Source of the DNA: Selaginella moellendorffii
Taxonomy: Eukaryota; Plantae; Lycopodiophyta
NCBI RefSeq assembly: GCF_000143415.4
Contig: NW_003314303.1
Location: 57,772-121,771 of the forward strand
Direction of reading: 5' to 3'
DNA length: 64,000 nucleotides
Shown in pieces: positions 52,292-64,000 of this stretch (position 1 is its first letter; every line of letters starts with the position of its first letter). The notes beneath the pieces are model-generated. The model saw nothing but the letters and a program-made list of their open reading frames with translations. It was not told the DNA's origin and ran no database searches. The position numbers were made by a program, and so were the translations under genes.

Positions 52292-54511
52292 ATGCAGCGA
52301 ATGGCGCTGCCGCTGTGGAGCGCTACCGGCAACGCGCGAATGCCACTGGCGCTGCCTGGCGCGCATCTCCTGGCGGATTATGGCTCCTTGCGTGCTCCTG
52401 GCCGAGGTATTTGTGAGGATTGCTCGATTGTTTTGAGAATGCGGCTTGCGCAGCGTCCAGGAGCTTGAGCATCCGGGCGGCAATAGCGCACGACACCTAT
52501 GAGGAGCCGAAGAAGTCTTTCGAGGCTCGCGTCAAGGAGGAGGTGTCTATCGATTTGAATCCGCCGCGCGGGACAAGGGATTTCGCCCCGCCGCTGATGC
52601 TGCTGAGGAACTGGCTGTTCTCGCATTTTAAAGAGGTATGTCAAGCTACATGATAGAATGTTTAGTATTTTTTCTTTTTTCTTCTCTCGCGCTTCCAGGT
52701 CTCAAGATTATTTGGATTTGAGGAGGTGGACTTTCCGGTGGTGGAGTCGGAAGCGCTATACGTCAGAAAAGCTGGAGAAGAGATTACACAGCAGGTATGA
52801 AGCGCTACATTCTTATCTTTTAGCTTTTCCTTGCGCTCTTTCTGTTGGTTTCAGCTCTATAATTTTGAAGACAAATCTGGCCGCAGACTATGCTTGCGAC
52901 CAGAAATTACGCCGTCGATAGCAAGGCTTATCATCCAAAAGGGGTGTGTATCCAACTCTCTTATTTCTCATCTCGTGTTGCAGTTGTGAGGTTGTTTTGC
53001 ATGAATATAAAGCCGCACGCTGTACTGATATGAATGTATGGAGGCAAGTGTTTGTTCTGCTTTTGTGTTTAGCTAGGATTCAGTTCCTGTGAGATTGATG
53101 CATTTGACGTCTTCTACAGGAAATCGCTCGTTTTCCCTCTGCGATGGTTTACGATTGGTCAGTGCTGGCGTTATGAGAGAATGACGAAGGGAAGAAGAAG
53201 AGAACATTATCAATGGAACATGGACATATTTGGGGTGCCTGGCGTTGAGGTAGAAACTTGTTTTGAATGTTGGAGTTACAGATCGTTGTGCCCGCAGGCA
53301 GAAGCTGAACTCCTTGCAGCTATTGTCACATTATTCACTAACATGGGGTTCACCGCAAATGATGTGCGGATACGTGTCTCTAATCGTAAGGTCAGACCCG
53401 AGATTTGTTTTTGTTTTTTATCTGACGATAAACTGACAGGTGCTCCAAGCTGTTTTAGATCGATATTCTGTTCCACAGGACAAATTCAACAGTGTATGTG
53501 TAGTTGTAGATAAGGTAGGGAACTTTTTCTTTCTTTTTATCCCCCTCTTTCCGAGATCTCTGATAGACTTCATGCAGCACTTTTGTGTCTTCTAGATCAA
53601 CAAGATCTCCAAAGAGGAAGTCGACCAACAACTCATGGACCTGGGACTCTCTTCCACGGCTATCAATGGAATTAGACATGCTATACTACTTAAAAACCTT
53701 GATGATATTCAAGGTAAGAAGTTTGTGTTTTGTAAAGTTTTTTACACTTCGTTTTCACTCTTGTTTTTTTTCCGTAACAGAATTAATCGGATCTTCAAGC
53801 GAGGCATTTTTGGAAATGAAGAAGTTGTTTGCTTTGTCAAAAGCTTATGGCTACGACGAGTGGCTAGTTGTAGATTTGGGAATAGTGCGGGGACTGTCAT
53901 ACTACACGGGTATCGTATTTGAGGTCTGTTCCGGTTATATTGTTTTCTCTACCGCTTACACCAACTTTCTAGGCATTTGATACGCAAGGGAAATTTCGTG
54001 CAATCTGTGGTGGTGGTCGATACGATAAGCTTATTTCAAATTTTGGAGGCCCTTCGATACCCGCCTGCGGATTTGGTTTTGGGGATGCAGTTATTGTAGA
54101 TGTAAGATTTGTTCTTGCTAACTTGACAAAGTAAGTTTTTGTTGCTTTCCAGCTTTTAAACGAATGCAATCTATCGCCAGTTCTCGGACACGAGGTTGAC
54201 GACGTTGTGTTCGTCTTGGATGAGGAGCTCCGCTGTCATGCGTGCAACATTGTGTCGCGGCTGCGCTCGGCTGGACGTACTGTTGATATGATTTTAGAAA
54301 ACAAAAAACTGAAATGGTATGTTTTCCTGTGTCCTTTCCGGAGTTCTCATGGTTGGTATGCAGGGTATTCAATTATGCATCAAGAATAGATGCAAAACGC
54401 ATGATTCTCTTGGGCATAAGAGAGTGGGAAGAGGGAAATGTTCGCGTGAAAGATCTAGTTACGAGAGAGGAGACCGACGTAAAGGTGGCTGAACTGGTAA
54501 GAATGTTCTAA
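52292..54511 (+). CDS. Histidine--tRNA ligase, chloroplast/mitochondrial type; multi-exon
   Basis: Transit-peptide-like exon 1, then [69 protein letters not shown] and the anticodon-binding domain. Confidence 0.95.
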
Positions 54512-54535
54512 TCCTTGTCGAGGCCTAATACTTCC

Positions 54536-55127
54536 ATGTTGCAGGTGCCAAGAGTTCCCAAAGAGGTTGGTCTATATAGGCCGAAACATCTCAACATTTT
54601 TACTCGTTCTGCAGGTGCAGCGTGGTCAGGGTAAACTCCCTGACAAGGAACGCAATCTTCGTTATTTACATCCCGACGAGGTGAAATTGGTTGATGCCTC
54701 TGGAAGATATCCGGAAGAGTATGAAGTAGGATTTCCTAGTCGTGGCATTCTGGAGGCTTTTGTGGACGAGTGCAAGCAGAAGCATGCCGAATTCAAATGC
54801 AGGCGCCGGGGAGACCCTGCTCCGGGTAAGTCCCGTCTTCTGAAAATATACGTACTGAAATTTCCTTGTGCAGGGCACCTTAAGTACGTTCTAAGGGAGA
54901 TGAACCTTGAAGACGTTGATCTCGAAGATTTGACAATAGATGACGCCATGAATCTGTGGGTGAAAAACTCGGGCGGTATTATTTGGGAGGATGCATATCA
55001 GTTGATACACGATCATAAGCTCTCAATCTCCCACATACTGGACATGGATGTTTTTAAAGGACAAGGGAAGCTGGCTGCCTTGAAAACAAGACGAGAACCG
55101 AACATTCCCAACTATCTTGACGACTAA
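54536..55127 (+). CDS. Uncharacterised ~180-aa protein, or alternatively spliced C-terminal extension of HisRS (exons 54536/54545-54565, 54615-55127)
   Basis: Open, protein-like frame of 170 codons. Short GT-AG introns keep it in frame with both ATG 54536 and the HisRS donor at 54497. Confidence 0.6.
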
Positions 55128-55385
55128 ATACTGTACGTCTTTCATTGTTTCCTGACCCCGTGAAAAGTTGGCTCTTTGCTCTTTCAGAAACAACGGCTGC
55201 TGTGAGTTTACGTGATCTTGTACATTGTAGGCAACGAAATCTGGTAATTGAAGGTTTCTTTGGTGACTTTATCGAGTTTTCATCTACAAACAAGCCTCTC
55301 AGGTGCCTAGCAAGAAAATAGCCAGCCAGCACTTTGCTACAAGCCGGGAAGCTTTGTCAATAATCAACCCTACGACCAACCAGGT

Positions 55386-57556
55386 TCAGCAGCATTTCCA
55401 GGCAGACGCAGAAGCTAAGACCTTTCCTTGGAAACCGAGCAGCAGGCTTCCGTCGTCCTTGACGAGGTCAAATCCCCTGGTCTTGTTATTACCGGCCTTC
55501 TCGAAGTTGAACAGGCCGAGCGCAAGCTTCTCGCACATGTCACTGAGTCTGGAGCAGCACAGGCCGGCGTGACTCATCCACAGGTTCCATTTCTCCAGCC
55601 GCTGGTGCTCCAAATTTCCAGCGAGCAGCTCTTCGACCTCGGGCTTCCATACCAGCTGTTCAACTTTGTCTGCTTCCTTCAGGGAGCATTCCTCTGAAGC
55701 AGCAACACACTCTGCCAGTGCCGTGTAGTAGTCCAAGCCTTCTCGGAAACGTTCGATGAACGAAGGCTGTGGCTCCATCTCCTGCTCGACAAGCAACACT
55801 ATCTTCGGGTGGGAAGCTCGGATGGAATCCAGTGCCTCGGCAACAGGTACCAACTTGTGAAGTCCGAACACAAAGTTGACGACGAGCACCTCGTGCACCT
55901 TAAGGCCCATGTCGGACAAGCTCAACGGACTTCCTGACCGTGTTAGCACGCCACAGAACTCAAACTCCGCGCATCCGGCATTCTTGGGATGGTCCCGAGC
56001 CAGCTCTCTCAAGCTCTCCAAGGCGAAGTAGAGTGCATGCTGGCGGGTGCTGGTCAGAGTTATTCGAATTTTGATCGGCCTGGGGAGCTTCTGCTCGAGG
56101 GTGGAGGCTACGAAGGATGACCACTGACCCCCGAAGGAAGAGTTCATTGAGGGCGAGTTGGCTGCTTCGGACAGATCGAGGATGTGCACGCATTCCTCGG
56201 ACTCGATGGCCTCGGCGATGGCCTGGTTGGCGATGAAGTGTGCACACTTGAGCAGAGTGGAGGTGTCATACAGGCTCTTGCAAGCAGCAATCCGCTCGAC
56301 GACCTCCGTCGCATCCGTCGAAGCGGGAGCTGGAGTGGAACTCCGTGCTTTCCTCTTGGACAGCCTCTCCGCGAGGATATCCCTGAAGAGGAGGCCGATT
56401 CGATAAGCTGGAGGTTGGAGCTTATGGAACTGTTGATTCTGATGGTGCTCCTGTTGTTGCAGGAAAACTTGGTGGTGGTGGTGATCATTGAGCCGCGCCA
56501 ATATCGACTGGGCGAGTTCGTCCTGACCGCTCTCGCAGGCCTCTGCCGCATGCAGCAACAACCTGCTCGGAAACGCTCCGGAATTCGAGCTTAAGACGTG
56601 CTGTTGTAACGGATGCCCCGGTTGGGCATTCGGTGGAGACTGCCTCGCCACCTTGCTCGACGGGTGTTGAAGCTCCTGCTGCTCTCTCTTGAGGCTCGGC
56701 GGCAGCGGCTGCGGCCTCAACAGGACGTGCTCGTCCACGTATGGTATCCGTGAAGCCTGCCGTTTACCAGCTTGTTGCAACTCTCGCTCCTGCTGCTGCT
56801 GGAGGAGTTGCAAAGGGCTGGGACCTGGATTCTCGACAAACAGCCCGGGGTGGAGAGCCCTTGGTGAAGAAGCTCGCATGAAGCTCATGGGAGCTTGTCC
56901 GAACAAGTTGGGCATGTGCTGCTGGTGCTGCTCATCTTGAAGCATTCCAAGTAAGAACGGTTCCCTGTGCTGCTGCTGGTGCTCCAAACCAATCTGAAGA
57001 TTATGCTGTTGCTGCTGCTGCTGCCACAAGGGATTCATGCTGCCGCTAAGAGCCAGGGGGTCTTGAAACTGCATGGGATGGGGGTGGTGGAACAGGGGAG
57101 CTCCCGATGATACCAACGGTAGTGTCCTCCGTGTAAAGCTCTCGAGATGAGCAAGATGCGGGGGAAGCGAGCTGGTTGACGAGGACGAGGAGAGCTGCTG
57201 TGGCTGCTCCTGCTTTACCATCATCATCACCTGCTGCTGCCATGGTGGAGGAGGCGGAATTACGTTCACATCTGCTGCCCCTGCTGCGGCTGCCGCGGAA
57301 CCGCTGAAAGGCTCTTCAAACAGCCACCGTATGATGGACGGATCAGGTGCTGGAGCTGCTGGTGGTACTCCAGGTGAAGGGCAACTCCCAAGCAACTCGC
57401 TCTCAAGCTCTTCCAGTTTTTGCTTCTCGGGGAGCAAGTGTTGCTGCTGGTGGAGATGGTGGACAAGCAACTCGTCCTGCTGGGCTCCGACCACGTCTTG
57501 GAGCAGCCACTGATCGCTCCTGCCTTGGTGCTGCTGATGGAGAAGTTCCTGCGGAG

Positions 57557-57598
<42 letters not shown>

Positions 57599-58421
57599 CG
57601 TATCCACCGTAATTCTCCATCTGGCGAATTCCTTGGCCAGAGTAGAAGAGCGACAGTCCATAACCAGTCGACGCTGCTGCCACGGCCTGCTCCAATTCAT
57701 CCTGTAGATCCGCCGAGGACGACGACTGCGCAAACGAGGAAGATATCTGCTGCTGCTGCCGCTGCTGCTGCTGCTCCTGGTGATGATTCCCTCTGGACTT
57801 CACCTTGGCAGCATCGGTGGTGCTATTGTTGCAATCCGACGAGGAAGAGGAGGAGGCTCCTGCCTTCTTGGTATTGTTCTGGATGGCCGAGGAGGAGGAG
57901 GCCGAGCCGAGCGCGCGAGAATTGTTGGGGCTTGGGCTGCGAAGATCCAGAACGGAAGTTGGCTCTCCGGCGAATCCACCACCGGCGGTAGTGCTGCTAA
58001 TCACTCCTGTTGAATCTATCGCTAACAACTGTTGGTTGTGGTTGTAGTGCTGCTGCTGGTGGTGGAAGTGTTCCCGCTCTGGCAGCTGCTGTCCAGTCCT
58101 CGCAGCAGCACCAGTAGCAGTGGCAGTGGCAGTGGCGACTTCCCAGCTGCTGTTGCTGTTGCTGCCGGTGATATTGTTGCTGCTCAGCGCAGCTTTCAAG
58201 GACTTGCTGCTGCTCAAGAACACCGCAGCGTGGCTGTGGCTATGGCTGCTACCGCTGCTGCTGCTACTGGTGGTGGTGGTGGCGGTGGAGCTCAGGAGCC
58301 CATTGAGGCAGATTTGCTCCTCCCGCTGGCACGTCTCGTAGAGCTCCTGCTGCTGCTGCTGCTGCTGGTGAAAGACGGGAAACGACGTTCCATGGTGTTG
58401 GCCAGAGAGCATTCCATACAT
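55386..58421 (-). CDS. HAM: GRAS transcription factor, HAM (SCL6/22/27-like) subfamily, intronless, long poly-Q N-terminus
   Basis: LLLHAAEACE...AQSILARLN, HFIANQAIAEA, VHILD...GGQWSSF, PKIVLLVEQE...FIERFREGLDYY and terminal SASAW. Carries a miR171 site. First ATG at 58421. Confidence 0.93.
56485..56505 (-). promoter_or_regulatory. miR170/171 target site in HAM mRNA
   Basis: mRNA GATATTGGCGCGGCTCAATGA matches canonical miR171 UGAUUGAGCCGCGCCAAUAUC at 20 of 21 positions. Confidence 0.92.
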
Positions 58422-58422
58422 C

Positions 58423-58527
58423 TCAAGCGGCAGCAGCGGCGGCTCCTCCAGTTCCAGCTCCTCTTCCAAGGTCGGACTCTCGCCTCCTCCCTCTCCTCCT
58501 TTTGGACTGTCTCCCTCGCGCGACCAT
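58423..58527 (-). promoter_or_regulatory. Putative upstream ORF (34 aa) in HAM 5' leader
   Basis: ATG 58527 reads MVARGRQSKRRRGRRRESDLGRGAGTGGAAAAAA*. Its TGA ends 1 nt before the HAM ATG. Confidence 0.5.
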
Positions 58528-61500
58528 TAATTTTGATCTCTGCAGGAGCACCGAAGGATCAATCCAGATAGATCACGAGAAGAAACAAACACAAAAGTGG
58601 AGAAGCGAAGTTCAATCACTGTGAGAGATTGCCTAGCTGCTAGATGGAAGGGGGATTGGATTGGATTGGATTGGGGGGGGGGGGGGGGGAGAGAGAGAGA
58701 GAGAGGAGGGAAAGCTTTTCTAGCTCGCTTTTCTCGCTTGCTTGTTTGCTCACCTCCTTTTTTGTTCTTCGTGCGCTTGTTTTTGTTGTGGGTGGCCTGC
58801 TATACTGCTGCTCTGCTGCTGCTAGCGCTGCTACTGATGTGGTGTTTGTTCTAGCAAATCATCTGCAGATCCCCGCCCTGTCCGACCGACAACACTCTAC
58901 GAGGCCGCCTCGCAATCGGACAAGCACCACTCGGCCTCGCCTCTTTGTTTGTTTGTGCGCCACAATGAATGCTCACGGCCTTGAGCAAGACGAACAAAAG
59001 CCTCGAGAAGGAGAAGAGAAGATGAGAAGAATGCCTGCTTTATCTTATATACAAGAGGCGCGCGCGCGCGCGCGGGGCGATCGCCCACTTAACCAGCAAA
59101 GCGCACAAGCGAGCTCGAGGAGGAAGAAAAAATGAGAGAGAGAGAGACCTAGTAAACAGGGGAGGGAGGAGGAACCCTACAATCATCTCGGTGGGCATTG
59201 TACTTTTGACGTCTTTGACAACGAGGTCAGTGAAAGCTCTCCCTTCCAAAACTGAAGGCTCGTGCTTTCACTTACTATAGCTCCTTCTGAGCAGAGGGTG
59301 GCGGCAGGAGAAACTAATTGGCACTGGTTAACTCTGGAGTTCAATTTAAACTTTTTGAATTTTATTACCTTTTGTGGTAAATTAGAGGGAAAAGTGAACT
59401 GCTGCAAACACTCTTCCTGCTACATACTAAAAGTGGGCTGGGCCATACCTAATGCAAATAAAAGATATGTATGTGCTCATGTCTTGGCTTTAGAATTATT
59501 AGGTTACAAAAGTTGTATAGAGGGCAGGTGACCTACCTTTGGCGTCTTGATATTGCTCCATGGTGTTTAAAGAATTATTTTAATTTATTTTTTCAAAGTT
59601 TTCCTCACTTGTTTTGCTTTGAGTTTCTTTGCTGGGGTGTTTTTTTCTTTGTTGTTTGTTGGGGCCCCCTGCTCCCTTGCAAGCAGTAATAGTACCCTTC
59701 AGCAAGCTCCAATAATTCATAAAGGAGAAAAGGAAAACCCTCAAAATGCCCTGGACTGGATCTTACCTTACACAGCAATTGGATTGGATTGGATGCCTCT
59801 CCCCTTGTTGATTGTGTGTAATGCCCAAACAATGCAACTAGTGTCCTAGTGGTGTCCTGTCAAGATGGTCGAGTCTTCGTACATATGTTATATGAAGTGA
59901 AAGATCACCATATTATAAACTCCAAAGCTCCCGCAAACAAGCCCTGCATTGGCGTCTGGATATATATTATAATTGTATACTTCCATTCCATGGCCGCAAC
60001 TTCACGCACACACGAAATGAGAAAACTAGAGATTCGCTCCTTGGTTCTTGCTAAACGGGAAGTCCTGGGCACCCTTTCCCCAATTCATCGTCTTGTTGTT
60101 CTTTCTTGTCGTAGATTTCAACTGTACACGGTAGAAAAAGCTCCAGTTTGGACACCCATGACCTCATCATCTATAAACCCAGAAAGTATTTCAGATTTGT
60201 AGCTCCACAGCAAGCCATGGCAAACAAAACTTTAGCAGCCGTCATCCTTTGGGCGCTTTGGACTTTCTTTCGTTGTCACCCAACCTGAAAGATCTGACTG
60301 ACGCCTTAGAAATCGCCATCCCGGGTCCATTTCCTTTGTCCATCCCGTCCGATTTTTCCCTGTATACCGGTGTACACACATGGATGGCGAGCTCATGGAA
60401 AAGGTGGTGGATTTGATCGGTTAACTGTTGATCTCCCACTCAAGAAATGTGTGTGTGTGAGAGTCTGTGTTTTCCGGCCTGTCATCTCACATAGCTAACA
60501 TAGTGTCACAATCGCTGATGCAACTCGCTGTTCTCCCCCACAAGCATGACATGAACATGAAATGAAGCACACTTTTTTGCTGCTGCTGAGAGCACTGCTG
60601 CTGCCGCTGTGCCCCACACAAGCAGCAAGCCCATATCAGTGTGTCGCTTTCTCACAAATGCCGGAGATGGGGGAGGAAAGATTTGAGATTTCTATCCGGA
60701 ATCATGAGAACTACTGCCCTTTTGCGACCAAATCGTGTAGGGTTAGCTGGTTTTCTTGTCTATCATGGAGCAAACCACGCTAGCTTACGAGCTCTAAGAG
60801 GCGGTGATCAAACAAAGACGCTCTCTATCTATTCAACGAATTACACATGCCCCCAATGGTTTGGAGGCGCACGGAAGCGCACAGGTGATGGATCCACTGG
60901 CCGTACGAATCGACGCCATCTTCGCCACCACATGAAAATGGAGGGAACTTTCTTCTTCCTTTCAAATTTTCGAAAAGCTGTGATTATTCGCGGGCATATA
61001 CCGGTCAGCGTTGGTGGCCCGTGCTCCCTGGACGTAGAAAAAAGAAAAGCGAAGAGAAACATTAAAAATCAAAATGGTGGCAGGGCAGCCCTCGTGCGTG
61101 GCTGCCAGTGGTCAGTGCAACAAAATAATAATTTCCACTTCTTTTTTATAATAAAAAAGAAAGCCGCGACTTTAGAGCGAAAATGCGGATAGGAAGAAGC
61201 ACAATTCTAAAAAGAAGGCCCTGCGAGCTTTTACACCAGTGCTTTATTAGAGACAAGTTCTCTGCGTGGGCGTGGTGTGTGCCGGCCACTCACGAGTCTG
61301 TCCTGCCTGAGTACTACTGGTGCTCTGCTGATTTTAGGGTTCCTCCTTAGAATCCTTCGAATTCCACTTCCAATTCCGGACTCCATGTGGATGGCTGGCC
61401 GGGCTGGGCTGGCTCTCCACGACATTGGTATAGTATCTCTTTTGCAGTACAAGGCTCCACACCACGTAACAAAGGGGAGCGCACTCACGAAAAAAAAAGG

Positions 61501-62807
61501 GGCAGAAGAAAAAAGAAGAGAAGATGAGGGGTTGGGAGATTGGTGGATTGACAGCTCCCTGCCTTTTTATTGTTTCGATCTTTTCTAGGGCTTTGATCAT
61601 GGCATGCGCGCTCTGTTTCTAGGGTTCTTGTGCCTGTCTCAACTTTCTTTGGTCTTTGGAGTCGCGGTCGTTGTGGTATTTGGAACTTCTCGCGAGTTGT
61701 GGCGTTCTTCCTTTTGCTTTTCAAACTTTGGAGCGAAAATGCTACATAAAGGGTGATGTTTTCTTTGATAAAGAAAACAATTATTCTAGAAGTTAGTAGA
61801 CCTTGAATGCATAGCTACACTGTACCCTACAGAAAAACCAGCAACAACCTTGTGTGTACGGGCGGTGGACTTTGAAAAGAAAGAAAAGAAAAATTCAACA
61901 GGGAGGAAAGCTTTTCTTTATTAAAAGTTTTACCAACTATCATGACCGGTTTTTGGGTTGATCAACAACTTTAAAAAGATAAAAGTCTTTTGATGATCCA
62001 TCTCCGGAGTGAAGTGTGACCGACAGTGAATGAATAGATTGAGAAGCTTCCGGGTCGATACATGCCCTAAAAGCATCGATTCAAAAAAATCGATAACGCA
62101 TGAGATGGAAACTGATCAAGCACGACAAGCATTGCAATCCAAACAAAACCAACAAGCAAACAAGCGAGCAATCAATGAAACAAACCAACAAAACGAAGAC
62201 AGTAGCAATATACAAGTTTACAGAGCAATCCAAAAATCGGGGGTCAATCCTAAACCTCTTGAAAAGCACTGCTACCTTTTCTTGCTCAATGTGGTTCTAT
62301 CCATCCTGACATACAACAAGCTAGGCAGATTTTTGTGCTCCTTTTGTACATTTTTGCTTCAACAAACGCAGCCTGTGTAGCTATACAGTACTTCCATACT
62401 ACTTCATGTCATAGCGATGTGCTCAACGGTTTCTCAGCTTTTCCAGAAACTATCAAATCCCCTGTGGAGAAAAAGGAGGATAAAAATATACAAAACTCTC
62501 TTGAGCTGATTCCCTTACGTCAAGGTAGGATCCCCAGGATGATGTCACGAAACAAATAGAAGTAGTAGTAGTAGCGATGCTGCTCTCTTCGCCGGCTCGC
62601 CACTCATAAAGAAGGAAATAAATCGATCCAATCTCTTGTGGGACATGAAAGCCAGATTTTGTTTACAAAAGAAAAGGTGGCAAGCACACGTTGGGATGTG
62701 GCCAAAGACAAGCGTTATTTTATCCCCGGGTTTGGTTTTTTTGACTTCCACAAACAAGGCAAATGAATGATGAAAGAATTCTCAGTTGTGCGATCGTGGT
62801 CGTCACT

Positions 62808-63989
62808 TCAGACCGCCCGGTTGTCGAATCCCACCCATTGCTTCTTCTCGGCATCGAAGAGATTGCACTGCGTTAGGATGGTGGTCATGAGCGGAAACCC
62901 AAACACGGCCTTATTGAGGTGGCGGTCCCAGTTTTGGAGCAACGATGCGTGCCCGGCTCGCAGGTTATAACTTGGAATCTTGGTCGAAAGGTGGTGAGGA
63001 ATGTGGACACTGATGTCGTGACACAGGAAATCAATCCTGTGAAAACCCAGAGTGAGCCCAAAGTTCGGAGGAGATCCCGAGTTTACATACCATCCAGGGT
63101 ATTCGCAGTGAACAGTTCCAGCAAGTTGGGCTCCCACGGCGTTCCACTCGCGGTTCTGCTTGAATGGGATGTGTGGAGCCGTGTGGTGGACAAGGGTGAA
63201 AGTGCTCATCCAGAAGTGGAAGCCCAGCCATGGGAGCAGCCACCACTTGACGAAACCAACGGGCCCTTGGGTCATCAACAGGGGCAGCAAAATCAAAAGC
63301 CCAAAAGCGTAGCAAGCCGCAATGCTCGTCTGAAGAAGGCAAGCATTGTCCGTCAACTTTCTTAAAAAGATGATAGATAGATAATATTACCTTGACTTTG
63401 GCATGCTCCTGGGGGCGGAACTTGTTGAGATCGAAATGCCAGAAGAGCCAGTGTCCGATGGAGGCCATCCACCAGAGAGGACCCATTGTTGCACGCATCA
63501 TCGCCTGGCCAATCCTGTCCGCATTGTCAAACTGGTGTGGCCGGAATGGCTGCCATGCCGTGTCCATAATCAGCCTGCACAATCGCAGGGAGAAGAATCA
63601 CGTTAGCATTGAATGCGGGAGAAAAAGCACAGAAAACGATCCAAAGCCTTGAAAGATCCCCAGAGGATCTTGGAAGAAACGCGAGAAGCTTACTTGTTGG
63701 TGTGTGCGTGGTGAGTGTTGTGCTTGATTCTCCACGGCTCGAACGGGAAGACGAGTGGAGTCATGACCGCATTGCCGACGATGTCATTCACGAGCTGAGA
63801 TTTGGAGAAGGAGTTATGGCCGCAGTCGTGACCGATGACAAAGAGCCCAGTGGCGGCGGTCCCCAAGAACGCGTAGATGAAAGGGTAGAGATACCACGGA
63901 GCTACGGTCAGGGCTGCGTATCCCGTGGCCAGGGCCGAGATCGTGATCGCCACAGTCTTCCATGCCTTGAAATCATCCACTTCGAACAC
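62808..63989 (-). CDS. FAD6: Plastidial omega-6 fatty acid desaturase (5' part outside window); exons 63989-63694, 63574-63391, 63329-63091, 63036-62808
   Basis: His boxes HDCGH, HNTHH, HIPHH and FAD6-specific FHFWMSTFTLVHHTAPHIPF, GTVHCEYP, IPSYNLR. Confidence 0.95.
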
Positions 63990-64000
63990 CTGATCACAAT

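Noticed and set aside
55428-58571. Antisense and alternate-frame ORFs over HAM
   Set aside because: By-products of GC-rich CAG-repeat coding sequence with no domains.
58597-62757. Short ORFs or a miRNA hairpin between HAM and FAD6
   Set aside because: No recognisable domains, exon chain or mature miRNA sequence. Treated as regulatory or intergenic.

Overview
Eukaryotic plant nuclear DNA, most likely a lycophyte such as Selaginella. This is an inference from ~50-bp introns, tightly packed genes, a ciliary CFAP97-family gene, a Tcn1-like chromovirus and a miR171-targeted HAM gene. Positions 1-46,200 are a nest of LTR retrotransposons with resolvable LTRs, PBS/PPT and target-site duplications. 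They comprise a Gypsy family nested in itself (1-10033), a decayed Athila/Tat-like element (21105-35379) hosting a young non-coding element (23671-31003), a self-priming chromovirus with an inverted second copy (35432-42593), a 5S-bearing Cassandra-like TRIM (44400-45174) and hAT relics. One intact AT-rich bulb-lectin gene (19737-20606) sits among them. Positions 46,250-64,000 are gene-dense: CFAP97-domain protein, DExH RNA helicase, organellar histidyl-tRNA synthetase followed by an unknown ORF that can splice onto it in frame, HAM-type GRAS factor, and FAD6 (partial). The most striking unexplained signal is that the young non-coding LTR element is tiled over kilobases with back-to-back, sequence-unrelated short hairpins whose G-U pairs favour the sense strand.
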